This document shows, piece by piece, positions 50,889 through 54,176 of a DNA stretch of 54,176 bases; the first letter of the stretch is position 1, and each line of letters opens with the position of its first letter. This stretch comes from a virus (taxonomy: Duplodnaviria > Caudoviricetes): IMG/VR virus record IMGVR_UViG_3300022666_000227, positions 1 to 54,176 of that record. One strand, written 5' to 3'. Made by a program: the position numbers and the translations under genes. Under the pieces are notes generated by a model. It searched no databases and had not been told where the DNA came from. It was given only the letters and a program-made list of their open reading frames with translations.

Positions 50889-51462
50889 TCACATCTACAA
50901 TTTCATAATTAAGAGTTTTAACTAATTCAATTAATTCTTTAAGCTTAAAGGCATCTTCCTTATTTAAGGTTACTTCTTTTTCCGGACTAATCCGTATATT
51001 GATACCAATAAGTCTAGAAGGATTATGACCAATAATATTGTCAGTGTCAATTTCGCCATTGACAGGAACATCAATATCGTCAGGATTAGTACTGCCAATA
51101 GAAATCCCGCTACTAGAGTCATTGATGTTATGAATGTCAATGCTTTCAGAAATGTTGTCATTTGTATCTCCAATTAATTTATTTGCTAGTTCCGATAATG
51201 CATCTACAATATCTTGTTCAGAAGCAGATGCTTTTAAATGTACATATATTTTATCTTTAGACTTAGGAACAGTAGCTAAATAAATATAACCATCATAATT
51301 TACATTATCTTCACTAAACTTCTTTTCCCATTTAGAATTAGAGATGTCATACATATTGTATGATGCCTCATCCTCTATTTGGTTTAGCATATCATATAAT
51401 ATGCTCCATTTAGGGTTTCTTATATCCCTACCAATTATAGCAATATTTATTTTTTCATCCAT
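50860..51462 (-). CDS. hypothetical protein with low-complexity D/N/I/S linker
   Basis: 200 aa ORF; linker hosts a nested alternative-frame ORF. Confidence 0.6.
   Translation of the reverse strand: MDEKINIAIIGRDIRNPKWSILYDMLNQIEDEASYNMYDISNSKWEKKFSEDNVNYDGYIYLATVPKSKDKIYVHLKASASEQDIVDALSELANKLIGDTNDNISESIDIHNINDSSSGISIGSTNPDDIDVPVNGEIDTDNIIGHNPSRLIGINIRISPEKEVTLNKEDAFKLKELIELVKTLNYEIVDVIVDDNSTGI
50970..51161 (-). CDS. candidate nested two-TM membrane protein (63 aa)
   Basis: GGAG-6nt-ATG; MTTFLKALTFITSMTLVAGFLLAVLILTILMFLSMAKLTLTILLVIILLDLLVSIYGLVRKKK. Confidence 0.45.
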   Translation of the reverse strand: MTTFLKALTFITSMTLVAGFLLAVLILTILMFLSMAKLTLTILLVIILLDLLVSIYGLVRKKK

Positions 51463-51465
51463 AAT

Positions 51466-51993
51466 TTAAAGACCCTGATTTTCTTTACCTGAAGAATATC
51501 TTGATTCGCTTTGGTTTACTCCATAGCTAACAGATCTGACTAACTCCATAATTCTTTCTAGCTTATTCTTATTGTTAAGGAAAAAGTCTTTTATGATTGT
51601 ATAAACCTGACACAACTCATTAAGTTGCTGCAACTCTTCACTAGAATTTAGAGCTAGAACTTCTAGCTTTTCTATAGTAGGAGTTTTAGTAACATTTCTA
51701 GCTGCATACTCTTCAAGCTTATTGCTTACAACAATATCTCTTTTTTGTTTAAAAGCTCTCTCAGCTCTATTTGTTAAAACAAGTAATTTAGATAAACAGT
51801 TATAAGCAATTTGGTAATTATTATTTAAGTCAATTATCTTTTGTGTTATTACATGACTTGAGCATGGCAAAGGAGGAAGTATAATAGTTAAGTCCTCCTG
51901 CCATTGCTTTAAAGTCTTTCCATCAAATTCTATATCACTTAAACTAAACTCTTCAATATCTTGCTCATTTAAAGCTTCAACTTCTTCACTCAT
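51466..51993 (-). CDS. helical coiled-coil hypothetical protein
   Basis: 175 aa; loosely UvsY-like in size and helical character (unverified). Confidence 0.55.
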   Translation of the reverse strand: MSEEVEALNEQDIEEFSLSDIEFDGKTLKQWQEDLTIILPPLPCSSHVITQKIIDLNNNYQIAYNCLSKLLVLTNRAERAFKQKRDIVVSNKLEEYAARNVTKTPTIEKLEVLALNSSEELQQLNELCQVYTIIKDFFLNNKNKLERIMELVRSVSYGVNQSESRYSSGKENQGL

Positions 51994-52810
51994 ATTTGTC
52001 TTTCATAAGATATAAAATTAGACGATCATCATAAAACATTTTTACATATTTATCATCTATACAATTTAATACATCGCCAAATGCTCTGCTAAAATTCTTG
52101 AATAAAGCTCCATTACTTTCTAATGCAGTTTTCTTAAATAATTCAGTAGAAGAAAGCTTTTTATTTATAATATAAGCCTCTTTAATTTCAGGAATTGTCA
52201 TACACTTATAAAACAAAGCAGTATTTGCTACATCACAAAAAACATAAAAATCTCTATCTTTATTTGTGATACAATATTTTCTTTTATCATAGAACTCTGA
52301 CACTAGAACTGTATCAGTTTTCTTACCAGATAGATGTTTAGTCATTTGGAATAAATAATAAAATATATTATAATCAGCAAAATATATAAAAGGATCCTTA
52401 TCTCTGTCAATTATTATATTGCCATATTCAACAGCAAAATTCAATCCATAAACAAATGATTTAAAATTTTTATGATTATCTATATCTAGTAGTCCTGTCC
52501 AAAATAAATCTTCTCCAGCCCCAGAAATAGAACTAAAAAAACTATTGTCTCTAGCATTTATCTCTACTTCAAAATATTTTAAAGATTCTGGGAGATTGAT
52601 ATCATATATATCATTTGTTGCATTATCAAAATCATTATTATATAGGCTTTTATGATCAATACAAACACAATCCTTTGTTCTTACTCCTATACCCTCATAA
52701 GCAACAACATCAACTGCTCCAAAATTTAATATAACTTTATCATTATAAATATAAGCTTTATTTGATTCACTCAGACGTTTTGGTTTTATGAGATTAAGGA
52801 TTGCACTCAT
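51986..52810 (-). CDS. hypothetical protein
   Basis: 274 aa ORF overlapping neighbours. Confidence 0.6.
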   Translation of the reverse strand: MSAILNLIKPKRLSESNKAYIYNDKVILNFGAVDVVAYEGIGVRTKDCVCIDHKSLYNNDFDNATNDIYDINLPESLKYFEVEINARDNSFFSSISGAGEDLFWTGLLDIDNHKNFKSFVYGLNFAVEYGNIIIDRDKDPFIYFADYNIFYYLFQMTKHLSGKKTDTVLVSEFYDKRKYCITNKDRDFYVFCDVANTALFYKCMTIPEIKEAYIINKKLSSTELFKKTALESNGALFKNFSRAFGDVLNCIDDKYVKMFYDDRLILYLMKDKYE

Positions 52811-53163
52811 AGCACTCTATAATGAAAGTCAAGGCTAATATTTTTAATATCTTCAACAACTACTTCTTTAGCTCTTTCTTCTTTGAAAGAACCAGTAAAT
52901 GAAATAGTAACAACCTTATCTATATTACCGAGAAACTCACTAGATGTCTTCTTGGATTGAGACATACCTTCATTAAGGAAATAGTACCATAATGTTTTAG
53001 CTAATTCATTTTTTACTATAGCCTTAACTGGTTTATTAGAATTTTCAGGTTTAACAGTAAATGCTATTACTGGATTAGTAGTATTTGATAAAATACTACC
53101 TTTTTCAACTGATACAATTTCGCACTTATCAATTGTAACAGTTATTATTGCTTTATTCGCCAT
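52807..53163 (-). CDS. hypothetical protein (possible OB-fold/SSB-like)
   Basis: IAFTVK...VKAIVKNELAK...VTISFTGSFKE pattern loosely like SSB; GGAG RBS. Confidence 0.45.
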   Translation of the reverse strand: MANKAIITVTIDKCEIVSVEKGSILSNTTNPVIAFTVKPENSNKPVKAIVKNELAKTLWYYFLNEGMSQSKKTSSEFLGNIDKVVTISFTGSFKEERAKEVVVEDIKNISLDFHYRVL

Positions 53164-53695
53164 CTATATAACTCCTAAACTCTTTATAAGAGTCAAATTT
53201 TGTTTTAATTTCATCTAATAGATTTTTATTAGTTTCATTATACTTTTTATAGAGATAAAATATCATATCCTGTGGTGTAACACTCTTAAAATTACATATA
53301 GGACAAAGACTTTCAGGGATATTATAAATCCATTCTTCGTCAATAGTATCAAGAGTAACCATTTCGTCAGATAGGTCAATTGATTTTAGATACTCTAAAT
53401 GCTGCTTTTGATATTCAAGAGACCTTGTATATTTTTCAGGAGTCTTCTCCATATCAGCTATTTGATAAACAAATCTTTTAATTTCAGATTCTAATAAAGT
53501 TTTTATCATATCTTTATTATATTGTAAATCATCAAAATTTTTAATATGGTCTTGACAGATAGTATGATTATTTTCGCACTCACACATACCTGCTTCAGAA
53601 AGACTCATATCCCAGCCAGACTCTACTCCACCACAATAGTCACAAGTATAACTAGAAGAATTACTATTAGTTACAAACCCATTTCTGTACTTCAT
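53153..53695 (-). CDS. FVTNSxSSS-motif phage protein with zinc-binding Cys/His
   Basis: MKYRNGFVTNSNSSSYTCDYCG...CENNHTIC..H...CPIC. Confidence 0.7.
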   Translation of the reverse strand: MKYRNGFVTNSNSSSYTCDYCGGVESGWDMSLSEAGMCECENNHTICQDHIKNFDDLQYNKDMIKTLLESEIKRFVYQIADMEKTPEKYTRSLEYQKQHLEYLKSIDLSDEMVTLDTIDEEWIYNIPESLCPICNFKSVTPQDMIFYLYKKYNETNKNLLDEIKTKFDSYKEFRSYIDGE

Positions 53696-54174
53696 TACAT
53701 CCAGTCTCCCTTATGAATTTGTCTTGCCATATTATATTTAGAGAGTAGATCTCCAATTATTACAGAAGTATCATCTTTAATATCAGACTCTCCACCATAT
53801 CCGCAATTTGAATACCCTATAAGATAATATGCATCTTTTTCAATTTTGATTTTATATGTATCTTCAACATAATTCTTGATCATTTCATTTGTAACATTTG
53901 GTATACAATCATTACAATATTTACCATCACAATTAAAACAAATATCATCCTGAATCTGGTCTTTAATATATTCGATATCAAGACCTGAAGAAGAAGTGCA
54001 TATATCAGTGTCTCCATAGAAAGCATAGTCTCTCAGTATATTTTTACCAAGTTCACCAAGCTTTTCCTCAACATCTTCTTTTGATATACTTATCTTATAA
54101 ATACACAAATAAGAAGAGCTACTACTATTTGTTACAAAACTACCACGTATCTTTATATATATATATATATATAT
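53695..54174 (-). CDS. second FVTNSSSSS-motif phage protein (start lies in the AT repeat or beyond the window)
   Basis: Frame of ORF 53695..54108 stays open upstream and reads (I)KIRGSFVTNSSSSSYLCIY. Confidence 0.65.
   Translation of the reverse strand: MYIYIYIKIRGSFVTNSSSSSYLCIYKISISKEDVEEKLGELGKNILRDYAFYGDTDICTSSSGLDIEYIKDQIQDDICFNCDGKYCNDCIPNVTNEMIKNYVEDTYKIKIEKDAYYLIGYSNCGYGGESDIKDDTSVIIGDLLSKYNMARQIHKGDWM
54154..54174. repeat. (TA)10 dinucleotide microsatellite at window end
   Basis: tatatatatatatatatatat, 21 nt. Confidence 0.9.
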
Positions 54175-54176
54175 CT

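Noticed and set aside
51038-51160. Cluster of TGTCA/TGACA words as iterons or promoter -35 boxes
   Set aside because: Irregular spacing; better explained by dual-coding constraints of the nested ORF

Overview
AT-rich, gene-dense fragment of a large tailed dsDNA phage genome. I saw no tRNA, rRNA or CRISPR array, and the standard genetic code fits. The left arm (1-22850, + strand) is a virion morphogenesis operon: putative baseplate/tail proteins, tandem paralogous adhesin-like proteins, two collar-domain tail fibres and a Tfa-like chaperone. It contains an embedded Cas4-like nuclease and ends in a lysis block (GH19-like endolysin, overlapping spanin-like pair, two HNH genes). The right arm (22867-54176, - strand) converges on it at a bidirectional terminator. 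It carries a five-gene radical SAM/methyltransferase/glycosyltransferase cluster, class II RNR, ClpP, dUTPase plus a degenerate dUTPase-like neighbour, a sigma-like factor, RuvC-like resolvase, primase-helicase, 5'-3' exonuclease, RecA-like recombinase, PIN-PhoH, ThyX and an Hc1-like histone. Its DnaE-type polymerase is split into a PHP gene and a catalytic gene, and the catalytic gene is interrupted right after a catalytic Asp by a group I intron with an EDxHD/Vsr-like homing endonuclease. The most unusual signals are a synonymous copy of the exon junction inside the intron, a possible donor-strand-complementation adhesin hub, the modification cluster, a nested overprinted membrane gene, and tandem FVTNSxSSS-leader proteins. 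Family assignments come from motif recognition by eye, not from database searches.
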